Shown one piece after another: positions 24,623-37,365 of a stretch of 64,000 nt of DNA. Both the position numbers and the translations under genes were made by a program. Source of the stretch: Macrostomum lignano (Eukaryota); NCBI GenBank assembly GCA_002269645.1, contig NIVC01001329.1:1-64000 (forward strand), in the 5' to 3' direction. The notes below the pieces were generated by a model. It saw nothing but the letters and a program-made list of their open reading frames with translations, searched no databases and was not told the DNA's origin. Within the stretch, counting starts at the first letter, position 1. Each line of letters starts with the position of its first letter.

Positions 24623-26588
24623 TTAGTTCGTCAAAAAACCGCTTCTGCCTTCGCTTCTGGTAGTATTTCCGGCAGCAGAGCCGCTTCCGGTTCCGGATCC
24701 ACCGCTTCCTTGGGCATTTTCGTAGAAACTTCCTGTTCCAGGCATAGGACCGCTTCCGCTTCCAGTCCCAAGTTGGAAACTTCCGGTGGAACTTTCGGTT
24801 CCAAGTTGGAACCCTCCGGCGCCGCCGCTAAGCCCGTCGAAGCTGCAGTCGCTGGCGGCAGGTCCGTTGCGAGGTTGGGCGGAAGTCAGGGACGCCGAGG
24901 CTGAAGGCAGGGGCAGCGGTCGGAGAGCCCAGTCTGGCGCGGACTCAGGCGGAGGCCGGCTGCTCCTGGCGCTGCCGTCACGCCGGCACCTGGCCAGCTG
25001 GTCGCGCTGCTTGTGCGTTGCAAACCGACGCAGGTAGAGCTCATCCAGGCGGCGCTTGAGCTCCTTGACCCGGTCCGACTCCCAGGGCAGCTCGCGGACG
25101 CGCAGCCGTTCTCGGCCGCGCTCGTCTTCGCTCTCCTCGTCCGAGGTGGTGAAGTCGCGGGTGAGCACCAGGCGGTACTGCTCCAGCTCGTCCGGCGCCA
25201 GCTCGGGTAGCAGCGCTTCGAACGACTTCTGGCGGCGCGACAGTTTCTAAGGTGGGGGGTGGAAGGGAGAGGCTGCAGCTGCTGCAGTGGCGGCGTTGGC
25301 GGGAGAGACTGAGACAGGTTTGGACTGAGATTCAGGGAATGATGGGCTGAGATTCAGGGAATGATGCGCTGAGATTCAGGGAATGATGGGCTGAGATTCA
25401 GGGAATGATGGGCTGAGATTCAGGGAATGATGGGCTGAGATTCAGGGAATGATGGGCTGAGATTCAGGGAATGATGGGCTGAGATTCAGGGAATGATGGG
25501 CTGAGATTCAGGGAATGATGGGCTGAGATTCAGGGAATGATGGGCTGAGATTCAGGGAATGATGGGCTGAGATTCAGGGAATGATGGGCTGAGATTCAGG
25601 GAATGATGGGCTGAGATTCAGGGAATGATGGGCTGAGATTCAGGGAATGATGGGCTGAGATTCAGGGAATGATGGGCTGAGATTCAGGGAATGATGGGCT
25701 GAGATTCAGGGAATGATGGGCTGAGATTCAGGGAATGATGGGCTGAGATTCAGGGAATGATGGGCTGAGATTCAGGGAATGATGGGCTGAGATTCAGGGA
25801 ATGATGGGCTGAGATTCAGGGAATGATGGGCTGAGATTCAGGGAATGATGGGCTGAGATTCAGGGAATGATGGGCTGAGATTCAGGGAATGATGGGCTGA
25901 GATTCAGGGAATGATGGGCTGAGATTCAGGGAATGATGGGCTGAGATTCAGGGAATGATGGGCTGAGATTCAGGGAATGATGGGCTGAGATTCAGGGAAT
26001 GATGGGCTGAGATTCAGGGAATGATGGGCTGAGATTCAGGGAATGATGGGCTGAGATTCAGGGAATGATGGGCTGATATTCAGGGAATGATGGGCTGAGA
26101 TTCAGGGAATGATGGACTGAGATTCAGGGAATGATGGGCTGAGATTTAAGGGAATGATGGGCCGAGTAAGGGATTAATAGGGCTGAGATTCAGGGATTTG
26201 TAGGTCTGAGATTCAGGGATTAATAGGGCCGAGATTCAGGGATTAATAGGGCCGAGATTCAGGGATTAATAGGGCCGAGATTCAGAGATTAATAGGGCCG
26301 AGATTCAGGGAATGGTGGGCTGAGATTCAAGGACTAATAGGGCTGAGATTAAGGGATTAATAAGGCTGAGATTCAGGGATTAATAGGGCCGAGATTCAGG
26401 TAATGATGGGCTGAGATTCAGGTAATGATGGGCTGAGATTCAGGTAATGATGGGCTGAGATTCAGGGATTTAGGGAGTAAAGGGTCACATCCGGCACAGA
26501 GTGATAATAATGAAAAAGATTCAAAGAATAAAGGAGTGCGTTGGCGTTGAATTGTCAGTACAGCAACAGAGAGTGGCGAGTGAGTACG

Positions 26589-26636
<48 letters not shown>

Positions 26637-27802
26637 GTCACGCACCGATTTCAATCGCAAGCACCTTCTAGAGGAGCTCCGGTGTGACAGAATCGGATTG
26701 TAGACGGCGCGCAGGGCGCTGTCTGCGATTAAGACGATAGAATAATTTTTAATAAATCAATCAACAAAAAATTAGGTATAAAAAATAAGAATTTCGTATG
26801 GGGGGATTTAATAAACCTTAGCTGGATACTCGATTTTGTAGATGCTATTCAGCTACTTTTAATTCAGTAGTATAATCGTCCTAATTGCCGGCGCCCTAAG
26901 TTCAGGATTTTTTATTACACTCCCAGAAGCGAATGTACATCGTTATCTGCGATGTACAGTCTAGCTCATTCGCTCGTGAACTGATAAGAATTTATTACTA
27001 GCTGAGAGTCACGTCACGTGTCTTCTTGAGGGTGTAGGGGGTCAGCTGACTTCAATCCCTGAGAAAATCGGTGGGTGAAGGGGGGTCACGTGACCCCCTC
27101 CCTGAAAAGGCGCGATTTCAGGGGGAGGTCAAGGGGTCAACTGACCCCACCAGGAAAAATCAGATTCTGATACGCAGAGTGTCTATGAAACGCCAAAACA
27201 ATTTCAAGTAAACAATTGTAAACGCACTAATTACAAACAAAGTGCACGCACACACGCAAATATCTTACGGCATATTTTCTATTGTGCTTTCTGGTGTTGG
27301 CCTTCTGCTTGGCGTGCCTGTCCTCGGCGACCCGGAAATGACTCATCAGACTGGCCATTGCGCCTGCAGGGTGCGGCTCAGTCATTACCAGCCTGCTTGC
27401 TGTGCAATTTACACTGCAAACCTAACCATGCTTTCTAACGTTGCAGAGGCTCCTCGCTCCTCCTAGCATTCAGTACAGGCAACGGCACCGTGCATGCAAC
27501 CATATCAAAGATAATTAGTTGATTAAAAGTTCATAAATGCTATGATACTTTCGAACGCATCTGAGCATTCATTAGCAACAGGATTGCAATGGCGTACGAA
27601 ATGACCTCTGCAACGTTGTGTTTTCAATTCCGCGCTGATACTTTGTCTACTGACAGTAGACTGCGACAATATACTATACAGTATGACAATGCACAATCTG
27701 TCTGAGTGTCTATCTATCAACTATCTATCTATCTATCTATCTATCTATCTCTATCTATCAACTATCTATCTATCTATCTATCTATCTATCTCTATCTATC
27801 AA

Positions 27803-27871
<69 letters not shown>

Positions 27872-27911
27872 AACTATCTATCTATCTATCTATCTATCTC
27901 TTATCTATCAA

Positions 27912-27952
<41 letters not shown>

Positions 27953-27965
27953 ATCTATCTATCAA

Positions 27966-27998
<33 letters not shown>

Positions 27999-28000
27999 AA

Positions 28001-28075
<75 letters not shown>

Positions 28076-28123
28076 CCTATCTATCTATCAATCAATCTAT
28101 CTATCTACCTATCTATCTATCAA

Positions 28124-28161
<38 letters not shown>

Positions 28162-28199
28162 CTATCTATCAACTATCTATCTATCTATCTATCTATCAA

Positions 28200-28242
<43 letters not shown>

Positions 28243-28294
28243 CCTATCTATCTATCAATCAATCTATCTATCTACCTATCTATCTATCTATCAA

Positions 28295-28337
<43 letters not shown>

Positions 28338-30401
28338 CCTATCTATCTATCAATCTATCTATCTACCTATCTATCTATCAATCAATCTATCTATCTACCT
28401 ATCTATCTATCAAGCAATCTATCTACCTACCTATCTATCTATCTATCAATTTATAGCAGAGCTCTCACCGCGCCAGACGTCCATAGGCAGTCCCTGGTTG
28501 CCCACCCGGGCCTGGGCACAGGCAATGATCCGGTGAGTCACCTGGACATTGTAGGGGTCCTCAAACGGCCGACTGAAGTCGAACAGCTCAGCCCCGGCGC
28601 TCTTCAACTCCTTGTAGCCGTCTTTTAAGGCGGCCTTTGAAATGATTTAAAAGACAAAATACAGTTTTTTTAATAATCAACAGTGTTTATTACCCATACA
28701 CACAAATGATAAAATTGTTAGATACAGACAGCCTGGCAGACAGACAGACAAGCAGACAGACATACAATGAGACAGAGACTCGAGTTTCTAAGAAAATGTC
28801 ATACAGATCAGTTCACATAGAAGTAACTGAGAGCTGTGACCCACAATCGCAATGCTTAAAAGTGCACGCACAAAATTCTACCGATAGCCACTTCCTGAGA
28901 AATCAAGCCAAAATCGTGCGAGATAGACTGAAAGCTTCCTAATCTATTCTAGATTATTCAAATAGCTTTTTTAGCTATTGAATACTTCATAATAGACCAG
29001 ATATGAAATAGTTGAATTTACAAATAACTGTGCGGGGCGGATGCGCAGGCCCTGTGTCTACTTATCCGTTCCAATATATATTCATTTAGGAAGAAGCCAG
29101 ACTACGAGCTACTAACAGCAGTAGCAAGTTGAGGAAACAAATTTCTGACTCTCCATCTGACCACCTGTTCTCCCTGTCTGACTCTCCACCTGACCACCTG
29201 TTCTGTCTGTCTGACTCTCCACCTGACCACCTGTTCTGCCTGTCTGACTCTCCACCTGACCACCTGTTCTGTCTGTCTGACTCTCCACCTGACCCACCTG
29301 TTTTCCCTGTCTGACTCTCTACCTATTCTATCTGTCTGACTCTCCACCTGACCAACTGTTCTGTCTGTCTGACTCTCCACCTCACCATCTTTTCTCCCTG
29401 TCTGACTCTCCACCTCACCATCTGTTCTCCCTGTCTGACTCTCCACCTCACCATCTGTTCTCCCTGTCTGACTCTCCACCTGACCCACCTGTTCTGTCTG
29501 TCTGACTCTCTACCTAATTAACTATTCTATCTGTCTGACTCTCCACCTCACCACCTGTTCTCCCTGTCTGACTCTCTACCTATTCTATCTGTCTGACTCT
29601 CCACCTGACCACCTGTTCTGTCTGTCTGACTCTTCACCTGACCACCTGTTCTCCCTGTCTGACTCTCCACCTCACCATCTGTTCGCCCTGTCTGACTCTC
29701 CACCTGACCACCTGTTCTCCCTGTCTGACTCTCCACCTGACCACCTGTTCTCCCTGTCTGACACTTCACCTGACCACCTGTTCTCCCTGTCTGACACTTC
29801 ACTTGCTCACCCTCAGCTCAGGCGTGGAACACGCGGCCGAAGCGGCATAGCTGCTACTGCTCAAGAACGAGTCCTGGAATCTGGCGCCTCCGCCTCCTCC
29901 CAGCACGGAGCTGGCAGCAGCAACCGGAGCTCCGGGAGCCGACTCCTCCATCACCATCAGGCAGTCATCGTCAGCTTCAGAACCACCGGCGCCAAGGGAT
30001 TCGCATTTGATGGTTGGACCAACTGAACCGCTGTCGTTGCCGCCTCCGCCATCGTCCGACACCGACCGACGCGACCGCTTCCGTTTACAATCGCTAATTG
30101 CTGGCGATTGTACAGCCGGTTCAGCTGAGGGTTCCACAGTGGCGCAATGGGATTTATGATGCTCAGCCATGGTGCAGGCGGCCCCGACTGTGGGCTCCAT
30201 CACGTCAACAATGCGAGAGTGAAGGCCGGACAGCACTCGCAGCGCGGTGACGAGATCTCTGACGGGCATGGAGTCCACCAGCATGCCAGCGTTGCTGATG
30301 GTGCATTCGAACAGGTGCAGCGGAGTGAAAGCTGATGAAGCGCCGGTATCGACTGGTTGAGCAGTCATTGGATTGGCTGGGGCTGCTAGCGCTGCTGCCA
30401 T
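24623..30401 (-). CDS. C14orf93-like uncharacterized protein, about 491 aa. Exons 29811-30401, 28469-28634, 27269-27363, 24623-25246.
   Basis: Phase-consistent GT-AG exons. The motif order [12 protein letters not shown], basic [51 protein letters not shown] resembles C14orf93-type proteins (from memory). Confidence 0.7.
25325..26470. repeat. Highly homogeneous 22-nt minisatellite (GGGCTGAGATTCAGGGAATGAT) in C14orf93-like intron 3
   Basis: Direct inspection. Confidence 0.97.
26593..26633. repeat. (CA)n microsatellite
   Basis: Direct inspection. Confidence 0.95.
27708..28450. repeat. (TATC)n microsatellite in C14orf93-like intron 2
   Basis: Direct inspection. Confidence 0.97.
29144..29800. 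repeat. About 33-nt minisatellite (CTGTCTGACTCTCCACCTGACCACCTGTTCTCC) in C14orf93-like intron 1
   Basis: Direct inspection. Confidence 0.95.
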
Positions 30402-30469
30402 TTGGGCCTGTGTATAGCCTCTGGTGCTGAAACTGGGGTGTCAGTTGCGCTTTGCCGTCTACAGTGACT

Positions 30470-31645
30470 GCTGAAGGACTGTAGTAGAGTGGGTTTAAGG
30501 ACTGCCTGTAGTAGAGTGGGTTTAAGGACTGCCTGTAGTAGAGTGGGTTTAAGGAGTGCCTGTAGTAGAGTGGGTTTAAGGAGTGTCTGTAGTAGAGTGG
30601 GTTTAAGGAGTGCCTGTAGTAGAGTGGGTTTAAGGAGTGTCTGTAGTAGAGTGGGTTTAAGGAGTGTCTATAGTAGAGTGGGTTTAAGGAGTGCTTGTAG
30701 TAGAGTGGGTTTAAGGAGTGCCTGTAGTAGAGTGGGTTTAAGGAGTGCCTGTAGTAGAGTGGGTTTAAGGAGTGTCTGTAGTAGAGTGGGTTTAAGGAGT
30801 GTCTATAGTAGAGTGGGTTTAAGGAGTGCTTGTAGTAGAGTGGGTTTAAGGAGTGCCTGTAGTAGAGTGGGTGTGGTGGACTGCCTGTAGTAGAGTGGGT
30901 GTGGTGGACTGTCTGTAGTAGAGTGGGTGTGATGGACTGTCTGTAGTAGAGTGGGTGTGGTGGACTGTCTGTAGTAGAGTGGGTGTGGTGGACTGTCTGT
31001 AGTAGAGTGGATGTGGTGGACTGTCTGTAGTAGAGTGGGTGTGGTGGACTGTCTGTAGTAGAGTGGGTGTGGTGGACTGCCTGTAGTAGAGTGGGTGTGG
31101 TGGACTGTCTGTAGTAGAGTGGGTGTGGTGGACTGTCTGTAGTAGAGTGGGTGTGGTGGACTGTCTGTAGTAGAGTGGGTGTGATGGACTGTCTGTAGTA
31201 GAGTGGGTGTGGTGTACTGTCTCTAGTGGAGTGGGTGTGATGGACTGTCTGTAGTAGAGTGGGTGTGGTGGACTGTCTGTAGTAGAGTGGGTGTGATGGA
31301 CTGTCTGTAGTAGAGTGGGTGTGGTGGACTGTCTGTAGTAGAGTGGGTGTGGTGGACTGTCTGTAGTAGAGTGGGTGTGGTGGACTGTCTGTAGTAGAGT
31401 GGGTGTGATGGACTGTCTGTAGTAGAGTGGGTGTGATGGACTGTCTCTAGTGGAGTGGGTGTGATGGACTGTCTGTAGTAGAGTGGGTTTAAGGGCTGTC
31501 TCTAGTGGAGTGGGTGGGTGTGATGGATTGTCTGTAGTAGAGTGGGTGTGGTGGACTGTCTGTAGTAGAGTGGGTGTGGTGGATTGTCTGTAGTAGAGTG
31601 GGTGTGATGGATTGTCTGTAGTAGAGTGGGTGTGATGGACTGTCT
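30470..31645. repeat. Bipartite 27/28-nt minisatellite with core CTGTAGTAGAGTGGGT (intergenic)
   Basis: The TTAAGGAGTG variant switches to the GTGGTGGACTG variant near 30870. Confidence 0.95.
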
Positions 31646-31850
31646 GTAGAATGGTAATGGAATCCTCAATCCAAACGTATAATTAGTGTCTTTAATTCAA
31701 ACTAAAAAAGCAAACAGAAGCACATAGTCATAGGCACACCTCTGAAACAATATTTTTTCGTATATCTCATTCTCTATAAATAAAAGCAGAAAAAACTTCA
31801 GACAAATGCAAATTGAGAAAAAAACTAATTTCTATTGAATTGGCATTAAT

Positions 31851-34126
31851 TCAACAGGCGGATTCGCTGCTGTCATTATTTGGCACAGTGAGGACCGCAG
31901 CGTCAGTGAGCAGAGACCTGCCATCCAGCAGCGCTTTGGCCAGATCGCACAGTGGATCAAACAGCTGCTGGCAAAGATTGCACCCAGTCTCCATGGCAAC
32001 CGGTTCGTTTAGTTTTGATAACATGTCAGCTAATTGTTGACCAACGGAGGCTAGCAGAGCCAGCTGACGCTCGGTTGCCATGGTTACTAGATTGGCGTTG
32101 TTTTTTAACTTGTCGATAAAGTCGACGTCTGAGTCTGTTTGAAAACTGTCAGGATTTTCCACGAAAGCTGAGGCTGCGTAGCGTAGATGCGGGGCGGCGG
32201 ACAGGCGGATGCAGCTTGCGGGGCCTTCGGGCTGCTGGCGCTGTGGGAATTACGGAATTGTCAGCAGGTTCTTAAGCACTGAGGGAGAGGCAGATTCTCA
32301 GGCACTGAGGGAGAGGCAGATTCTCAGGCACTGAGGGAGAGGCAGAGTCTCAGGCACTGAGGGAGAGGCAGATTCTCAGGCACTGAGGGAGAGGCAGAGT
32401 CTCAGGCACTGAGGGAGAGGCAGATTCTCAGGCACTGAGGGAGAGGCAGAGTCTCAGGCACTGAGGGAGAGGCAGATTCTCAGGCACTGAGGGAGAGGCA
32501 GATTCTCAGGCACTGAGGGAGAGGCAGATTCTCAGGCACTGAGGGAGAGGCAGATTCTCAGGCACTGAGGGAGAGGCAGATTCTCAGGCACTGAGGGAGA
32601 GGCAGATTCCCAGGCACTGAGGGAGAGGCAGATTCTCAGGCACTGAGGGAGAGGCAGATTTCCAAGCAACGCACCCGGCAGTCAAGAACAACAGTGACGG
32701 CCGCGCAGCCCCTCATCGCATTGGGCACAGCCAGGGCGGAGCCAATTCGCAAGCCGGGCAGGCTAACTGAAGCGCATAGCAACCCCTTAGCAACCGGGAC
32801 AGGCAATGCCGGCAGATTCTGAATCGGATTTCGGCATTGCCGACTAGCCAGTGCCGCTTCCAGAATGTCGAAAGCTTCGGCGACTCGAACGGCGAGGTGG
32901 TTGCGACGCTCAGCGGCGCTTGAGAGGCGATCGACCTGCTGGGCCAGGAGGGCAGCCTCTCGGCGCAGGCTGGTGGGGTCGGGCTGGTCCCTGTAGACAA
33001 GAGTTAAGAGTAAAAACTCAAGTTAAGAGAGGAGTTAAGAGTCAAGTAAAGAGAGGAGTTGAGAGTCAAGTTAAGAGAGGAGTTAAGAGTCAAGTTAAGA
33101 GAGGAGTTAAGAGTCAAGTTAAGAGAGGAGTTAAGAGTCAAGTTAAGAGAGGAGTTAAGAGTCAGTTAAGAGAGGAGTTAAAAGTCAAGTTAAGAGAGGA
33201 GTTAAAAGTCAAGTTAAGAGAGGAGTTGAGAGTCAAGTTAAGAGAGGAGTTAAGAGTCAAGTTAAGAGAGGAGTTGAGAGTCAAGTTAAGAGAGGAGTTA
33301 AGAGTCAAGTTAAGAGAGGAGTTGGGAGTCAAGTTAAGAGAGGAGTTAAGAGTCAAGTTAAGAGAGGAGTTAAGAGTCAAGTTAAGAGAGGAGTTGGGAG
33401 TCAAGTTAAGAGAGGAGTTAAGAGTCAAGTTAAGAGAGGAGTTGAGAGTCAAGTTAAGAGAGGAGTTAAGAGTCAAGTTAAGAGAGGAGTTAAGAGTCAA
33501 GTAAAGACAGAAGTTGAGAGTTAAGTTAAGAGGAGTTAAGCGTTAAAGCCCGATGATTAGGTGAACTAATTCAGATCAAAAATGATTTCCAACCCATCTG
33601 ACAGAAGCGCAATAAAAATTAGCAGGAAAACTCGCACTCACTTGAGCAGGCACAGGTTGCCTAGCAGCGCCCGCTGGCACCTGGGCAAGGCCTGGTCCCA
33701 GCTGAACATGTACAGACAGCCGGAGCAGGCGATGAAAGCGCCGGGCTGCAGCAGCGCCGGCCGATCCTCGGTCACCGGCTGCCAGTTGACAAACAAAGAC
33801 GTTTTATTAGCCGACAGCTCCGCCCACGCGCCTGCGGACTCAATCCTCACATTGAACAATGCATTATCAGTATTAGTAGTAGGTGCAAGCGACTCTTCTC
33901 CATCATCTATGAGACCAATTGGAGTGATTCCATTCTGAGCCAGTGGAATAAACGACACACTGGCTTGATCGGATGCTGAAGCCGACTGTAACAGTACTAG
34001 AAGATGCGGTCCAGGAGCTGATAGTACAATTTGGTTGGGACCAGGTGAGGAGACCTGGAGACCAGGTAGAGCTGCTATCAGTTCTGGATCGGTGCATTGC
34101 GTCTTTGATGCTCTCTGTTGGTTCAT
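31851..34126 (-). CDS. FHA-like domain protein (kinesin-3/PHLDB/afadin-type FHA), about 396 aa. Exons 33642-34126, 32675-32990, 31851-32240.
   Basis: PHLLVLL..FIPLAQNGITPIG..LFVNWQPVTED..LLQPGAFIAC..LYMF follows the PHL..G.T.IG..FVNG..L.PG..F pattern of this FHA class. Exons join in phases 2 and 0; the last acceptor is less certain. Confidence 0.55.
32277..32660. repeat. 26-nt minisatellite (GGCACTGAGGGAGAGGCAGATTCTCA) in FHA-gene intron 2
   Basis: Direct inspection. Confidence 0.96.
33001..33545. repeat. 24-nt minisatellite (GTCAAGTTAAGAGAGGAGTTAAGA) in FHA-gene intron 1
   Basis: Direct inspection. Confidence 0.96.
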
Positions 34127-34510
34127 TGTTAATTTAGACGCGTGTTAATGCGGTAAGGATGGAAGTTGATACTCTCAATATAAAAACTGAGTTTTCTTTG
34201 GCCATAGACTACGAATTCTTTCTACAAGTACATGCACCTTGGGGGGCATGGAGTTTCAAAAATAGCATCTGGATTTTTAGGCTAAACTAGCAATCTACGC
34301 CCCCCGTTGGGGAGCCAAAGAAATGCAATACACGCTTTTTTAATAAACTACATTTATCCTTGAAATCTTAAAAAATCTCCTGTCAAACCTTGTAAGCCTT
34401 GACATGTCAGTAATTCCCCCCCACAAGCTTTAACATATCAACTTCCCCCCTTGACATCTCAGCAATGTCCCCAATAAGCCTTGGAAATCTAAAAATATCT
34501 GTCAACCTTC

Positions 34511-34553
34511 TAACCCTAACCCTAGCCTAACCCTAACCCTAACCCTAACCCTA
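34511..34553. repeat. Short interstitial telomere-like (TAACCC)n tract
   Basis: Six TAACCC units with one TAGCC interruption. Confidence 0.8.
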
Positions 34554-35141
34554 AAGCATTGAAATTTCAGTAATTCTCTCTAAGAGTCATTATAGCACTA
34601 CTACAGCATTATAGCGATTCCCTGCAAGCCTCGACATCGTAGGGATTCCCAAATGAATCTCTTAACTTCGACATGAAGCTTCTTTTATTTTTTACATTAC
34701 GCTTTTTTATAAGCGATCCCTCCCCTGAGGAGGCATCAAATAATGTAATAAAAAGTTTTCAATAAACTACATGTAGCTTCTGACTTTAGCCTTGAAATCT
34801 CATTTATACCCCCGTGAGCCTTGACATCTCAGCTATTCCCCCCATAAGCCTTAACATGTCAGCGATGGCCCCCATAAACCTTGAAATCTAAAAAAATCCC
34901 CTGTTATTCTGTTAACCTTGAAACCCGATAAAATATTACCCTCAACCCACACCTGACCTAAACCTAACTTTAACCCAACCTAAAGCCTTGAAATCTCAGC
35001 AATTCTTCTCCCCTAAGCCTTGACATTTTAGTGATTCCTTCTTTAAGAATCAAGCACTATAACGATTTCCACCAAGCTTTGACATCGTAGCAATTCCCAA
35101 ATGAATCTTTTAACTTCGACATGACTTTTCTTTTATGTATA

Positions 35142-35926
35142 GGCTCATTCCATATAAGCATGGTCGTAACATGACAGGTTATTTTTACTTATAAAATGAA
35201 ATCTAATAATAGAATATACTAAACCAATATTTTAAATGAAAGATTATTTTGTCTAGAATATATTTATAGAGTTTCATATAGATATCATCATTAGTATAGA
35301 TGCTATTAAACCTTAAATGACACTTATGGTCGTAACGACAGGATTTTTGACATATAGAAACTAAAAGGTAAAAGTCTTATAACATTTTTCATTTTTGATA
35401 TTTTGCAATACATTTTTAAAATTTGACTAAGAACATCTTTAGAAATCATACTCTTTTATTAGAATATATAAACTCAAAAGGCAACAAAGATACAAAAGAA
35501 AAGGCAGCCTTATGGTCGTAACATTATGGTTGTAACATATTTTTTTCTGTCAATGCAGTAACTTTGAGGTACTAATACATTAAAAATATAATAGATTATT
35601 TGGTCACCAATGCTTTTATCTGATGATGCAAGTACTATACTTTTATCTATAGTTTGTTTCAACCTTCAAAAGCTTTCTATTTGTTTTTAAAAGGTACAAA
35701 ATCTTAATGATGTCTTTTGCTTCGAAAAATGTCCAAATTTTTACAAAAATGACTTTTTGCCAATTGATAACATACTAATCCAACATTTTACCATCCCTTT
35801 ATTCTTAGATTATATATATTGCACAATATAAACATTTGGTAAAAAATAGGCTAATTAGGCAATGGCAAGCAAAAATATTGACTTTTTTCTATTTTCCAAA
35901 TATGTCCATCTTATATGGAATGAGCC
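35142..35926. mobile_element. 785-bp MITE, copy 1 (TIR GGCTCATTCCATATAAG, TSD TATA)
   Basis: 17-bp perfect TIRs; TATA at 35138-35141 and 35927-35930; near-identical to 37366-38151. Confidence 0.9.
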
Positions 35927-36169
35927 TATACATACGCTCGTAGTGCTACTTTTATTTTTTACATGACTCTTCTTCTATCAGCGACCCCCCCGTGGCGAGC
36001 CAACAAAGAATGCAATAAAAAATTGAGTAAAGTACATGAACTTTGAAGTAGCTTCTGACTTTTGCTTTGACATCTCAGAAACCCCCCCCCCGTGAGAGCC
36101 TTTACGTCTCAGTTTTTCTCCCCAGCACAGCATTATAGCTGCACACTTTCATTAGTTTTTAAATGAGGC

Positions 36170-37152
36170 TTCTATGATTTTTATATGACGCTTCTACAAT
36201 TTTTTAAATGACGCTTCTATGATTGTTTACATGACGCTTCTATGATTTTTTACATGACGCTTCTATGATTGTTTACATGACGCTTCTATGATTGTTTACA
36301 TGACGCTTCTATGATTGTTTACATGACGCTTCTATGATTGTTTACATGACGCTTCCATGATTTTTTAAATGACGCATCTATGATTTTTATATGACGCTTC
36401 TATGATTTTTATATGACGTTTCTATGATTGTTTACATGACGCTTCTATGATTGTTTACATGACGCTTCTATGATTGTTTACATGACGCTTCTATGATTTT
36501 TAAATGACGCTTCTATGATTGTTTAAATGATGTTTCTATGATTGTTTACATGACACTTCTATGATTGTTTACATGACGCTTCTATGATTGTTTACATGAC
36601 GCTTCTATGACTTTTTTACATGACGCTTCTATGATTTTTTAAATGACGCATCTATGATTTTTATATGACGCTTCTATGATTTTTTAAATGACGCTTCTAT
36701 GATTTTTTACATGACGCTTTTATGATTGTTTACATGACGCTTCTATGATTGTTTACATGATGCTTCTATGATTGTTTACATGATGCTTCTATGATTGTTT
36801 ACATGACGCTTCTATGATTGTTTACATGACGCTTCTATGATTGTTTACATGACGCTTCTATGATTTTTTACATGACGCTTCTACGATTTTTTACATGACG
36901 CTTCTGATTTTTAAATGACGCTTCTCTGATTTTTTACATGACGCTTCTACGATTTTTTACATGACGCTTCTATGATTGTTAACATGACGCTTCTATGATT
37001 ATTAACATGACGCTTCTATGATTTTTTATATGACGCTTCCATGATTTTTACATGACGCTTCTATGATGGTTTACATGACGCTTCTATGATATTTTACATG
37101 ACGCTTCTATGATTTTTTAAAATGACGCTTCTATGATTTTTACATGATGCTT
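36170..37152. repeat. 23-nt minisatellite (ATGACGCTTCTATGATTGTTTAC)
   Basis: Direct inspection. Confidence 0.96.
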
Positions 37153-37365
37153 CTTTTTAAAAAGTCTTTTAGTTTTCCTGACGTTGAAAAGCTTTAATTA
37201 AAAAAATTATACTCTATGAAAATTCGAACCATCATCGCTGCATTTAGCAGTTCAGTTTGTTCACCTCTAGGCTAGCTCTCATTGTTTTGATAACATCAAA
37301 TTTTGCACTTATATAATTCAACACTTGAAAATCCAAGCATAGAGTAAATCACACGAAGCAGTTAT

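Noticed and set aside
23504-26470. CRISPR-like regular repeats
   Set aside because: The units are head-to-tail with no unique spacers, there are no cas genes, and the context is eukaryotic.
26665-26722. Candidate extra exon in the C14orf93-like gene
   Set aside because: At 58 nt it is incompatible with the flanking phase-0 junctions.
34511-34553. Chromosome end or telomere fusion site
   Set aside because: Only about 43 nt, in one orientation, and embedded in a larger degenerate repeat unit.
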